A DNA stretch of 64,000 nt from Aplysia californica (taxonomy: Eukaryota), in assembly GCF_000002075.1 (NCBI RefSeq), contig NW_004798040.1, positions 67,541 through 131,540 of the forward strand, read 5' to 3'. The stretch's first letter is position 1. Every line of letters starts with the position of its first letter. Shown here in pieces: positions 24,433 to 43,952 of the stretch. Under the pieces are notes generated by a model, which was given only the letters and a program-made list of their open reading frames with translations, was not told where the DNA came from and ran no database searches. A program made the translations under genes and the position numbers.

Positions 24433-26569
24433 TTAAAATAAAATTATAGAGTCCGAAAATAAAACATCTGATAAGGATGTTTCTGCTGAATTTTTAAAGT
24501 GAAATTGACACTAAAAGAATAGAAGTAGCCTACAGGGAACAATACAGATCTAATTTCAGCTGTCAGAGGAATCTGAAGTTCAAACTTTAGGCCTACTTTA
24601 TAATTTTGAATCCACCAAGTGTGAACAGAAAAAAACCTTGAAAATTCACTTGTCTAATAGAAATTTCTTTATTTACTTTTATAAATAAAATTTAAGTTAA
24701 AATATTGACAAACTATTCACTATGAGACCTCAACCTAGATTTAGAACCGAGACCGGTGATCTTGTAGTTCCGTTCGTTATAATGTCCACGATCCATTTCA
24801 TCCAGAGAAAAAATCCAGAAGTCTTGATGACCAAATAGGCAACACAAAGAACAGGGATGCAACCTAACTGCAAAACAACAAATTATTGTAAAATTCAGGG
24901 GGCATGCCCCCCTGATTCCCCCTTCCATAAATTTAGGTCAGGGGGGCATGAAACCCCCCTACTCTTGACTCTTGGGGCCCCCCCCCTCCATATTTTTATT
25001 ACGTTACCCCTCTGAAACCCCCCTTTAACTCAACGAACAAAACTACAAAATCGCCCCGAGACCCTCAATATATAATCTAGTGAGAATGATAGATCAAGAT
25101 TCTAGGAGATAAATTAAGGTATCAAGGGTGGGACAAGCCCTGAAGATCTAGGAGAAGATTTAAAGTAGGCTAGACCTAAATTAAGACAATAAAATATAAA
25201 TGCCTTGCATAGATCTAGATTCTAGATTTATTTAATATTTTTATGAACATAAAACTGAAGAAATTGATTGGCTTTCTCATTTTCATCTCTCCTTTCGGAC
25301 GAGTCACTCGCAGACTCTTCATTTTCTCCCAAAACAACAAGACACAAATTTCTAGGGAAGTATACCGCCATACACTGTCAAACGAATGGGTCCCAGTAAA
25401 AGCAGCAGCTGTTAGACTTTTGTCACCATCATCATGCTATTCTTCCTTCTCGAACAAACTTCCAACCACATCAGTTGACACTGAGTTGTCTGCAACAAGT
25501 GTTAACGGTTATCTCCCCTACCTTTCGGTTTGTACTATCCGCGTTTCGGTAAATTAATTAACATGTACAATGTAGGCCTACAGTGTATTATTATTATCAT
25601 TACCTTTGTTATTATCATTATTATTGTTACAATTGTTCATCTTCATCATACATGTATATCGTTATCATCATCATCATAATTATCATTGTCATCGTTTTTG
25701 TTGACCACTCTTATTGTTCTCTTGTGCGTTCTCACGTCTCACGTGTAAATTATTAGCCTACTGTTTATGGTTCTTTATAATTATTTTGTGTTTAACGTTA
25801 TGTATACCTAAATATTGCCTCTTATCACTGCCCTAACAAACCACAGCAAAAATATTCATGCCTTCTTTATTTTAATTTCCGAAATCTAACCTGATCTAAC
25901 CCAGTGACAAACTAATATATGGGAGAGGGGGGAAGGCAGTTTCATTTGTGAGGATTGGGGGAAAAAATTAACAATGGTGACAGACAAAGAGTGCTACTAG
26001 TGCTTCAACTTTAAACATTATTTTTTAAGCTTATTCTAAGAAAGGTAAGTTTTAATATAACATAATATTCGAAGTCGTTTCCACCCTCGATTTTGGTACG
26101 CTGAGACCAGTCTACTTTTCATTCAACAAACCCTGGCAGCGAGAACAATTGCGAATAGAAAAAAGGGTGGTGAAAATACTCTTCTGAGAAAGAAAGTCTG
26201 AACATACTTCTTCCTGTTTCTCTCCTTCCTTCCATCCATTCTTCTCTTCATGCTTCGGCCTTGTGTCGGTTGGTACATTCATGAGTTTATAGACTTGACT
26301 GTCTTTATTCTTTATCGTTGATGTATTGTATGATTTTTAACTAGTCATCATGAGGACCTTTAAAGGTTTTCACTTTGACTCTTTAGTTTTGTAGTTTGTA
26401 GCATTTTTAGTTGCTCGGGAAACACGAAAACTTGCAAACCCGGCGTTAATATGCCCTAGACTCTAGACTCTAGATATAGATTCTAAGTCAGTCTTAGATC
26501 GTCTATATAGCTACCCAGATCTAGATCTAGATGCTAGATTAGATTAGATGCCTCCTATACTATGCATGC

Positions 26570-27240
26570 TCTAACTTACTTCTAACCACATGCGATTAAA
26601 AGTAGAAATGATGCAAACTATTTTTAGGTAAGGCGCCCATCTTGTTTGACGTCAGACCAGGATACCCCTCCGATCACGTGACTACATCTAAGTATAGACA
26701 ACCGCATGGCACCAAAGATGGAAGTGTCTATGTATATTATGCTTAATCTTCACAAAGTTCTCGGAATTTCTGATAGCTGATTTGATAGCGCGTCTGCGTT
26801 TGATGTCCGGTCCCGGACAGTTGTTTTTTTTCTCTTTTCCTCCTCCCGAGTGACCAACAGTTCCATAAATTATAGGCCTAATTTGTAGAGTTGCTTTGAC
26901 TTTGAAGTTGTTGTTTATTTTTTAAAGTGTATTAGTGATTAAAAATGCAGGAGGGGGGGGGGGGTGGTAGATCTAAATTTAGATATCTAGATCTAGATAT
27001 TATCTAGTCCTCCTGCGTCTTTACGGCAATTTTCGTGCGGTCTTCCATCATGTCCAGGTAGGCCTAATAGATCTAGATCTAAAATCTAGATCTAGATCTA
27101 ATCTAGAATCTAGATCTAGAAAATCCTAAATGTTACCGAAAACACTTCGTTCCATGTTTGGGTATCCCAGGAAGTGATGACATCACATTACTAAAATAAG
27201 CAGCCAATCAGAAAGATGCGTCATTTCTAAGTTTAACGGC
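26570..27240. promoter_or_regulatory. Probable bidirectional promoter region of TRABD (-) and NAA10 (+)
   Basis: Lies between divergent genes. Contains CRE TGACGTCA (about 26647), E-box ATCACGTGAC (about 26673), YY1-like CCATCTT/AAGATGG, ETS GGAAGT, TGACATCA and CCAATCAG (27170-27212), and candidate first-intron donors (minus GTAAGT about 26579; plus GTAGG 27058). Confidence 0.55.
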
Positions 27241-27311
27241 ATGTCTTCTAACCTAACCCAACCTCTAGCCTGATCTCAAAGTCTAAGTTTCCTAAACTAA
27301 GCCTAAGCCTA

Positions 27312-27570
27312 CTGGTAAGATTGATGAAGAATACCGGACCAGCGGACTGACTTTGCCTATGTCTCAACCTTAGGAATTCATAATTTCCCCGTTTTTGATA
27401 TCTCTCAATGGAGAATCTCGGACCGGTAGATCTATTCGTTAAAATTTTGTCAGGGGGGAGACCCCCCTGAACCCCCCCTCCCCCCTCCTCCACCCCAACC
27501 ACCCGCCCCACCTACTCCACTTTCTCGCGCAATAATGTACGAGTGGTCCGGTATTCTTCAATCTTCCCAG
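27312..27570. mobile_element. MITE upstream of the NAA10 start exon
   Basis: TIRs CTGGTAAGATTGATGAAGAATACCGGACCA / TGGTCCGGTATTCTTCAATCTTCCCAG; CCTA on both flanks. Confidence 0.75.
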
Positions 27571-27671
27571 CCTACTAAACAAGCTTTTAACTAAACAACC
27601 TCATCAGTCAGCTCTATCCCATTTTCCCAGGTCTCTGATACTGATAGTAACAGTCGACAGCAGCTGCAACC

Positions 27672-33930
<6,259 letters not shown>

Positions 33931-35203
33931 GTCAAGGCTGTATTCAAGAGGTCATGGCTATATCCAGTAGATCAACGCTGGGCAAAAGTAAAGTTAGAAC
34001 CCCCCGCCCCCCCAAACCCTCCCATGTCTTCACATATAGTGGTGATCACAGCCAGCTATTTCCTGTTCCTGTGAGACTTGAGTGCAGCACAACTACTATG
34101 ACCCCCGCAGTGCCCCCGAATGTTGTGCACTAGGTGTACTTCTTCAATGTGGTGGGGGGGAGGGGGGGGGTATCCAACCTTACTTTAACCCAGCTCTATA
34201 CAAAACCTCATGTCCATCAAACTCAATGAAACCTGAGAATCAGAGAAATCAATGTCTTTTTCTTCTGTAAATGCCAGATCTGAAACAAACCAAAAATTAT
34301 GGTTCACCACGCTTTTATCTGCTTGGATACTCACAACAAAAATTTGTATTTTCCTGGTCTCTACCCATCACCCATCTCTAATCAAGTGTCAGACCCGAGG
34401 AATTCATTGGATGCCGGGTTCAGTTCGCTGTATAGGCCTACAACTGCTTTACAAATTGCATGTGTGTGGGGTGTTACAAATTGTGTGAGTGTGTGATGTT
34501 TCAAATTGCATGTGTGTGTGGTGTGTGATGTTACATATTACATTACATGTGTGTGTGTGTGATGAGGGAAAAGGCTGAGCGGAATGTTTTGTTTTGATGG
34601 TACAGATTGTGGGTGTTGTTCTGTGTAAGATTGTTGTCAACCGCTGTTCTGTGTATATATGGTGCGACTGACTGGGTGGGTGTGTAATGTATGTTTTCCT
34701 GTCTGTGGAATGGTTGTATGTGTACAAGAGCGTAAGTCGCCTGTCTCTGCATCTGATTGAGTTGTTTTAAAAGTTTAGAAAGTTTTAGTGTGTTGTCCAT
34801 TTATAGTGACTTCAGTATCAAAATGACATGTTTGTGTTTATCTTTTATGATGAAAGATTTATGAGATGTTTGCTTTACCTTTATGTGAACAGAAGACTAC
34901 TGCAGGAGCTTTTGTTATAGAAAGACGTTGAAATGTTTGGTGTGGGGTCTTCGAAATTAGGAGCGAATAGCCTAGTTTGCGGGTGCCACTGTTAGTGTTA
35001 GGTCTGGGTTTTTTGTTTTTTTTCCCTCTTTTGTCGACATTATTGTGTCGATGTGGATCTCTATACTTTAAACAAACAAATGAATTTTGAGTGAGAGCAA
35101 TAGTGTTACTAAATGACTAATGTCAGTTACGGGTGGAAGGAATTTTGGTCACTCAGATTGAAATTTTTTTTTTAACTTGTGTTTTTATTTATTTTCTTTA
35201 TGA

Positions 35204-35209
35204 ATTAAA
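35204..35209 (+). terminator. Candidate polyadenylation signal (ATTAAA) of NAA10
   Basis: ATTAAA preceded by a T-rich tract and followed by a GT-rich downstream element (35230-35290). Confidence 0.4.
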
Positions 35210-35360
35210 AATACTAAAAACGACGCTGACAGTTGTTTATGTTTTTGATCTGATATGTTTCGTTGTTGTGCTGTGCTGTGTGTGTTCTTTTATTTGAGTA
35301 CTTTTGAGGCATCATCATCACTCTCAGGGCTGTGGAGTTAGTTCACAAAGAAATAATGTA

Positions 35361-35830
35361 CAGTGGAAACCATAGACCCGGAAATAACAGGAAGTTTTTA
35401 AATACCCATTTTTTCCTACTCTTTGTCTTTATTTAAAGTTATCGGCAATAACAGGGCCTCATCGGAGCCCAATCGATTATAGCAGGGACAAAGGCTCGTT
35501 AACAATGTGTAAAAAGTAAGAGAGTGAGAGTAACGCAGTTATGGAGTAAGCCCTCGCAAACTACACCACTGCAGACACACACAACGGCTGAAGCGGGAGA
35601 GGGCTGCAGTGAGCTGCAGACTTCGATCTAGCCCTAGCTACACGCACACGTAATGTGTCATGTGCTGGCCTGCCACATGGTACTTGTGGCAAGGGAAACT
35701 ACCCATGAATAAATACAACTGGATTAGTTCACAAATGTTTACTTCCCTTGCATTTCTGATTTAACAGGGATCCAATATAACAGGACTTTTTCTCTTGTCC
35801 CACCATCCTTGTTATATCAGGTTTCCACTG
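35361..35830. mobile_element. pogo/Tigger-like MITE
   Basis: TA-CAGTGGAAACC..ATAACAGGA / TCCTTGTTATATCAGGTTTCCACTG-TA. Confidence 0.8.
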
Positions 35831-37144
35831 TATATATAAAGAACACTTGTGCCTACACTCCCACCTTCCCCCTAGACACACGCAGTAGTAGCCACACATG
35901 TGCTGGCCGCTAATCTGACACCTCCCAACCTCAGCACATGCTGAGCTGAGACATGTCATGTCTTAAGTTATGTGTGTGTGTCAACAATGCAGTGTTGATG
36001 TGAAAGAAGATTTCTAATTAGTCACATAAGATGTACGCAGTGGGCTTAGGCTAAGCCGCACTAAGCTCATAATGATCCACAGAGTATGTGCAATCGATGG
36101 TCTCTTGGAATTGGAATAAGAGTAGATAAGCTTCATTGCAGGAGAACAATGCGTGAAGCCATATCAGCATGGGTTGTTCACCCGCCAAGAGACTTCGATC
36201 AGCCCGATTTTGCTCATTTATGTGTTTGTTCATTGAATCCCATTTTGCTGATTTTAGATTTTAATAAATTGTTTAAAATGGGGAATCCGTCTCCTTTTGT
36301 TGACAGTTGAATCCAAGTTCGTTGTATCCGAGTTTCACGGTATTACTATTACCTTCAGATTGATTTAATCTGTGAAACAGGTAATTAGAAAGTTCCATTC
36401 TGCATTACTTCCCCTTTTCTGGGCCAGATATTGGCTATATGCCGTGTGTATAATTAACAATATGGGTGGTATACATGTACTTTTGAACATCATTTTAGAA
36501 AAAAAAAACATTTATATGATAATGATAGACAAGTATACGCACCGTATACTAATGGCCTTCCGTACAGAAGTAACACCAGGAAACTCGCATGCCACGAGGC
36601 CCAGTTAGAAGATTTAAGTTCAGAGATCACCAAACTTTTTTCAGAGTAGGCCAGAGAACTGTGAGAATAGCAAGCATGGGCCAGATGGCTACATACATGT
36701 ATTCTATTTCTATTCAATACAAAGACTTGAAAGACAATATATATATATATATATACCACTACATGTACCTTTATTATACACTGAATACGTAAAAAAAAAT
36801 TAAGACATCCAACCTATTGATTCATTATAAACAAAATACATCATGTAGACTGGAGCCTTAAAAAATTAATACACATTTACAACAAACACAGTATTATATA
36901 GGTATGTAGTAGTTGTAGACTCTATAGTCTTACTTTTACAGATAAGTAAAGTTTGTAATGAGATTGTTATAAATTAAACCACACCTAGTGCTCACGACTG
37001 TGAATCCCTCAAACCAAGCAGCGAAAAAAACAACGAAGAATAACATTTTAACAAATGAGATTTATGAAACTTGAGCTCAATTTAGCTTTCAACTTTTTTC
37101 AAGGTATCATCAATATTCAAACCAAAACAATTGCTTTCAAGCAT

Positions 37145-37782
37145 GTGGATGGTTGGAGGGCGCCACTGGTAGGTCCTACTTCTTTTCTGTATGCTTCCCG
37201 GGAAGCTGAGAATGTTTCGGAGTGTTCTATGGTCTACTGGGGTAATAATATAGTGTAAAGCGCATAGAGCCTGCTGTTGAGCGGGGATATGCACAATACA
37301 AATGCTATCTATTATTATTATTATTATTATTATTATCATTATTCTGTCACTCTTTGTGTCTTACCGTCTGTCTTACTTTTCCACTTACACGAAATGACCG
37401 TCGTTGATGTTGTGTCAATGTGATTCTCTTTACGCAAACTCAAACAGTGGGTGGTTGGCAGGTGCTCTGGTGTGGTTTGCTCTTTCTTTCCTATCAAACA
37501 TCTATCGTCCTGATCTCTCCTCCTTCTTACTTGTGTTTGTTACTGTCTCGTAACACCTCTAATTTTCGGCACTTATATGACCTTATTGTGTTGCAAGTGC
37601 TGTAAAACTCTTACTAAAACTAAACTGCTCTGGTGTGGTTTGCTTCTTCTTTCCTATCAAACATCTATCGTCCTTATCTCCCCTCCTTCTTTTTTGTGTT
37701 TGTTACTCTCTTGTAACACCTCTAATCTTCGGCACTTATATGACCTTATTGTGTTGCAAGTGCCGTAAAACTCTTACGAAAA
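37145..37782 (+). mobile_element. Nested cluster: family B interrupted by a family C SINE 3' end (37191-37341), followed by two family A copies (37447-37626, 37626-37782)
   Basis: B head at 37145 and B body resuming at about 37345; the insert ends in (ATT)n, is flanked by TTCTGT and matches 51051-51180. Confidence 0.8.
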
Positions 37783-39336
37783 AGCTTTCGTTGCTTTCAA
37801 ATGTTCATCAGTCAACTGTATTCGATGTATTACCGTCCCATACTTTACTTTTTTTTAATGTTTGCCTTCAAACTCAGACATAGGGTGTTCCAAAAACTGA
37901 TGCCATGCCTGTTTGATGCAGAACTTGTGTGAAATGAAAGATTTGTCACACTAAAACCGAACAAGAGAATAATAGACTACTTTAGCTAGAAAAGGACGTT
38001 TCATTTCCACTGTAAAATTCAATGGAATTATTATTTTTTTTAAATAAGACCTTAACTCTCTACAAAATCATTTTCCAAATTGTTTTCCCCAGCAGGGCGG
38101 TAGGCCAAACAAACCCGACCTTGCGGACTATAGTTTTAAAATGTAATTAGGAGCCCCTGATCCGAAGGATTTTTAAAATGGTAGATAACTCAGGGTAAAC
38201 ATTCTTTAAAAATTATTTGTCAGGTTACCTCCCTTCCCCTATACTGTAAACGTTTTACAATGATGGGGAAATCCCCATAGCTCTCATTGGCGAAACGAAG
38301 AAATTTATCGCTGTACATGTTGCCATCATGAAAACGACAACGCAGTCGTTCACCTAAAAATACACTTTTTACAGGCTAAACTTTCTATGCCTTTGAAACA
38401 GTGTTTCATTTCTTTTTTTTCTCCTGAGGTCGTATTTTAGTCTGAGGCTAAGGGGAAAAGGAAGTACACAAAACGTTTTATTTGAAAGTAAAAGGAAAGC
38501 GAGTAAGCAACATTCCCCCTTCTCTAGAAAAATAACAACAACGATGAAACAAAACAAAAGCGAACAAACAATAATGAACAAATTGATAATGAACTTTTCG
38601 AAAACAAACGGCGGATATTGACGCTTTGATTTTCCTGCCAGGTTTTTGCTGATTCTCTGGTGCATCACTCAAAAACGGTTTACGTCGTTCCAAATTACGT
38701 AAAAGGGGTGCTTATTTTTCATGATGTTATAGATCTAGTATACTTAACACTTTCATTATTGATCTTGGCTAGGCTACAGAGCATGTGAATGGTGAACATC
38801 AACAAATATTGTTATTTGATAATGTCAATACACATTTGAATCCAAAAAGGTAGTGTCGTTATTATGGGTATCGTCATTGAATTTTTAATGGTGACGAGTA
38901 GAGTATCGTTTGCCAAAAAGCGAGAGATTCTCTCATTCATCTATGAAATATCGTGTCTGTTTGTACTCTTTAAAGAAAGTATCTAGCTAACAATGGGAAC
39001 ATGATTACTACCGTATGTCAACCACGAAGATCAACAACAGAAACATAACATTAAAATTAAAGCAGATTTTGATCTTGACCTAGAATAAATATTTAGATCT
39101 AGGTGTAGATTTTAATTCTAGGTCTGGCACTGGTACATCTTTTTTTCGTTTTAAAGACATGTGCAGTTGCTGATGCAGTGGTGAACAAGGAACCTACCTT
39201 AGGGTCTCAGCATCTGGGAGGGAGGGCTTCACACAAATGTGGTGGGTGTAAAAATAGGTTATGTAGGCTAGGCTAGGGGTTAGGAAGTCATTCGATCGGT
39301 GATCCTAGATTTTTTAAATTCTTAAAGTGTGAAAAT

Positions 39337-42300
39337 ATGGGTTCTGCTGCCACTGCAAACACAAAAATCTCCTCTTTGGGCCTCTTTTTGTTCGTCTTTT
39401 GTGGCATATTTTGCTCATCTTACGGTTTACGCCAAGAGTCGAGAACATGGCTCAGCGTTTTCCCCTGTGGTGTGTGTTCCTGTACAAAACGGTCTTCCAA
39501 CACAACAGAAATTGGAGAGATTAGCATGAATTGCTCATCTAGAAATTTAAAGGCACTCCCTACAGATTTTGCGGATGTTTTTCTGAACAGCTCTTTCGTT
39601 CTGAAAATAGACCTGTCAATGAACCCACTATTGTCAGAAAGTATCAGTTTGAGCGATCAGGAAGATCAGAATTTCTGCCAGACTTTCCCTGACATCGAGG
39701 ACCTGTCACTGGCTTTTGATGGGTTTGAAGAAGTTCCTATTTTTCTGAAAGGTAAGAGTAAGAGCAGCTTAGCATTATAGCCCATCATGTTATTACTATT
39801 TTGTTTATTTAGAAATTTTATTTTGTGATTCCCACAGGTAGCGTACAACGGCGTAAACTTAAAACACAGAGGGAGGAAGTAATATATGACCTCCCCTCCC
39901 CCCTCGGTGTCGGTCTCTCAACTTCCTTCNNNNNNNNNNNNNNNNNNNNNNNNNNNNNNNNNNNNNNNNNNNNNNNNNNNNNNNNNNNNNNNNNNNNNNN
40001 NNNNNNNNNNNNNNNNNNNNNNNNNNNNNNNNNNNNNNNNNNNNNNNNNNNNNNNNNNNNNNNNNNNNNNNNNNNNNNNNNNNTAAAAAGAAGAAATCCG
40101 CCCGTTTTCTTTACCAGGGTGTAGCAAACTCCAGGTGCTGAATCTGACCGGAAACTGGATCTCCTCCGTGTCGGCTGACCAGTGGCGGGGTCTCCATAGT
40201 TTGCGCGAGCTCCACGGCCTGGGTGTGACGTCACGTCTGTCTGTGTCTGCCCTCGCGCCCCTGGCCGGCCTTGAGGAACTGGAGCTGACCTTCACCGGGC
40301 GGCGTCTGGGGGCGGGGCTTGTCGCGGGAAACCACGCCCTTCGCCGGCTCAGCCTCACGGCCACCAAAGTGTCGCGGCTGCCGGGAAGTCTGTTTGATAA
40401 TGGAAACGAGGCTCAGGGGATCCGTGTCCTCACTGTCAACGGACCTTTGGTAACTATGGACGCTCTATGGGTAGAGAGCAGATTATCTGTGAACGGACCT
40501 ATAGTAACTAAGAACGCTGGGTGGGTAGAGAGTAGAGTAGTTGTGAAAGGACCTATGGTAACTAAGGACGCTGGGTGGGTAGAGAGTAGAGTAGGTGTGA
40601 AAGGACCTATGGACTAAGGACGTCGGGTGGGTAGATAGTAGAGTAGCTGTGAACGGACCTATACTATGGTAACTATGGACGCTGGGCGGGTAGAGAGTAG
40701 ATTAGGCTAATTAGCTGTGAACGGACGTACAGTAACTATGGACGTTGAGTGGGTAAAGAGTAAATCAGCTGTGAACGGGCCTAGGGTAACTATGGACGCT
40801 GAGTGGGTAGAGAGTAGATTCTGGTTAGCTGTGAACAGACCGATGGTAACTAAGCACGCTCGATAGGATAACGTAGCTTACATTACTATTGGCATTAGTG
40901 TCAGAATACGGTATGTAAATATACAGACTTACAGACCTGTGGTAACTAGGGACGCTAGGCGGGATCGTACAGACCCATGGTAACTAAGGATGCCGGGTGA
41001 GATGAAGTGCATTAGCAATAGCGCTAGTGTGTACATGTATGTAGATATACAAATCCATGGTAACCAAAAACGCTTGGTGGATGGAGTACATTTCCATTAT
41101 TATCCATATACACTGTATAGTGTATGTATAATATACGTTTATTTAATAGATCTATGGTAAATAAGGACGCTGTGTGGAATAGAGTACATTAATTAAATGG
41201 ACCTATAGTAACTAAGGGCGCTCGATGGGATAGAATAGGTACGCACTTGTACGTTGGCTGCATCTATGATAATAATATGCAATATACAGATCTATGGTAA
41301 CTAAGGAAGCTCAACGGAATATCAGTACTTCTGCAGGGGCATTTTTGTACGTATACAGTAAAGATGTACATAACATTGTGCATGTATGTATTCATCTCGT
41401 ACACTTGAAAAAAAAATCAAGAATTTTCTTTTCATTTGACCAAAATGGCAACAATAACAGGCCCCCCAAAAGTGTGTGTGTGTGTNNNNNNNNNNNNNNN
41501 NNNNNNNNNNNNNNNNNNNNNNNNNNNNNNNNNNNNNNNNNNNNNNNNNNNNNNNNNNNNNNNNNNNNNNNNNNNNNNNNNNNNNNNNNNNNNNNNNNNN
41601 NNNNNNNNNNNNNNNNNNNNNNNNNNNNNNNNNNNNNNNNNNNNNNNNNNNNNNNNNNNNNNNNNNNNNNNNNNNNNNNNNNNNNNNNNNNNNNNNNNNN
41701 NNNNNNNNNNNNNNNNNNNNNNNNNNNNNNNNNNNNNNNNNNNNNNNNNNNNNNNNNNNNNNNNNNNNNNNNNNNNNNNNNNNNNNNNNNNNNNNNNNNN
41801 NNNNNNNNNNNNNNNNNNNNNNNNNNNNNNNNNNNNNNNNNNNNNNNNNNNNNNNNNNNNNNNNNNNNNNNNNNNNNNNNNNNNNNNNNNNNNNNNNNNN
41901 NNNNNNNNNNNNNNNNNNNNNNNNNNNNNNNNNNNNNNNNNNNNNNNNNNNNNNNNNNNNNNNNNNNNNNNNNNNNNNNNNNNNNCCACTCCACTCCCCC
42001 CGCCACCCCCTCCCCAGAGGCTGTCTGTCCGAGCCGTCCACCAGCTGACCACTGACCTATCCGGTCTACACAACCTGGTCTCCCTCACGCTGACCCAGTC
42101 TCGTGACGTCACACGCCTCGTCTTACCCACGTCTGCCTCCCTGCGGGTATGGGTTGGTGTTGATGTTGTTGTTGTAGACTTGGATTGTGTACGTGGAAAG
42201 TGGGATTCGCTTAATTAAACTGAATACGGTTGATAAAAAAAGCAGTAAACTGAACTTGAAAGTAGTGAAAGTAGATCTAAATAAAATCCCAGATTTTACG

Positions 42301-43902
42301 TTTTTTAAAAAATTTGAACAACCCCTCTAATCTTCTCCTTTTGTGTGTATGTTACTCTCTAGTAACACCTCTAATCAATTCTTTGGCACTTATTATATTA
42401 TATGATCCTATTGTTTTTGCAAGTGCCATAAAATTTTGAATAAAACTACGACGTTTTCTTTGTATTTTACTCTCTAGAAACACTTCTGATCTTCAGCACT
42501 TACAAGTTTTTTGTTTGACCTAATTATTTTGTCGTTGCAAGTGCCGCAGTAAAACTCTTACTAAAACGAAACTGTCTCCCAACAGGCCCTGGAAGTGTCT
42601 GGCTGCAGCATGACGTCAGTACCACGTGGCTGGTGGCCATCTCTGTCCGACCTCCGGTCACTGAACCTGCACAACAACGAGATAGACACGTTGACCTCTC
42701 TGCCGGAAATGACCAACCTCACCGACCTTGACCTGTCCCGCAACTTCCTGTCCGCCCTGACCCCGGGGTCACTGACCGGCCTGCCTGGGTTGACCTCTCT
42801 TAACCTTTCCCGTAACACCCTAGAGGCGGTCACACCCGGCTCGCTGTCCACTCTCCCTGCACTGACCAGACTAGACCTCAGCTGGAACTACATCAAGGAA
42901 TGGAACCCCGGCCCTCTGGCGTCTCTCCAGGTTCTGGATCTGAGCGGGAACTTGTTGACCGATCTAATGTGGTCTGAGTCCGGGCGCAGCTCTGAACTCA
43001 GGTCTGTGGATCTTTCCGAGAACGAGCTGTCTGACTTCCCGCCCGACGTCCTGGGTCTGGCCAATGTCCGAGTGGTCAGTCTAGGGAGTAACCCGCTGAC
43101 CAGCGTGCCCGGCCGGGAGATTTGTCATCACGTGACCTCGCTGTCTGAGCTGGGGCTGGAGGCGACCTTGCTTCACTGTGACTGTCGCGTGACGGCCTTG
43201 GCTCGGTGTCGGGAGAAGCTACAGGTCAGAGGTCACTGTGCCGGACCCTCTGACGTCAGCGGTCAAGCGGTGGGGCAACTCCAGGCTTGTGTGGTGACCA
43301 CTATTCCACCAACCACCACTACCGCCACCACCACCACTACTACCACAACCAGGCGGCAGGACATACTAATACAAGCGTTTTCCCGAAAAGAAGGGTTCGA
43401 ACCGCCATCCCGTGGCGACAACAGACCAGCTCAAGCGCACCAGGCCACATCTTTGTCCAGGCCAGCGAAAAATCCCTCCGCCTCCAGGTCCCAACCTGTT
43501 GCGACGTCTAGGAAACAGAACATCTCTCTGACAGGAAGTGGCAACAGCAATACTTCCATTCCCCCGCTAGTGGCAGGCAAAAACGTCCAACAAGCTGTCA
43601 CCCCCACCGTCCTGTTTCTCTCTCCGCTTCCCGTCAAACACACGGTACAGCAATCTACGACCTTCCACTTGATGTCCCCTCCCGTGTTGACCATCGTCTT
43701 GGTCCTGTTGGCAACGGTCGGCGTGACTGGAGTCCTGGCTCTGTCCGTGTGGGCTGTCCGGCGCCGCCTGACCACCGGGCACGGGGAGATTTCGTGTGGG
43801 TCTGAGGACGGGGGGCTGGGGTCAGAGAAAGACCGCTGGGCCGTGGCTGGGCCAGGCGATGAGATGAGCCGGCCTGCGGGGCTGCAGGAAAGCTCTGTCT
43901 GA
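39337..43902 (+). CDS. Type I transmembrane leucine-rich-repeat protein (signal peptide, LRRNT, LRRs, LRRCT, Thr/Ser-rich stalk, TM, short tail), about 730 aa from visible exons
   Basis: Exons 39337-39751, 40118-40449, 42018-42146, 42586-43902 splice in frame (2193 nt); extra exons could hide in the two N gaps. LRRNT CGVCSC..NCSSRNLKALP, many LxxLxLxxNxL repeats, LRRCT LHCDC..CAGP..C, poly-Thr, TM VLTIVLVLLATVGVTGVLALSVWAV followed by RRR. Confidence 0.85.
40433..41330 (+). repeat. About 54-bp minisatellite containing the LRR-gene exon-2 splice donor
   Basis: Unit approximately GTGAACGGACCTATG|GTAACTAWGGACGCTGGGTGGGTAGAGAGTAGA..; degenerates distally. Confidence 0.88.
42335..42573 (+). mobile_element. 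Two tandem 5'-truncated family A copies ending 12 nt before acceptor 42585
   Basis: ..AAGTGCCGCAGTAAAACTCTTACTAAAACGAAACT-gtctcccaacag|exon. Confidence 0.75.
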
Positions 43903-43952
43903 AACTCGGGCATTGTAAGACAAGATAATTATAATTTACATTAGATCTATAT

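Noticed and set aside
37447-37626. Family A as intron-encoded snoRNAs (sense strand, near acceptors)
   Set aside because: No terminal C/D boxes or clear H/ACA layout seen; copies have TSDs, 5' truncations and simple-repeat tails typical of retroposons. An Rfam search would settle it.
39337-43902. Toll-like receptor or VLR-type rearranging locus
   Set aside because: No TIR domain, and no flanking LRR cassettes are visible in the window.
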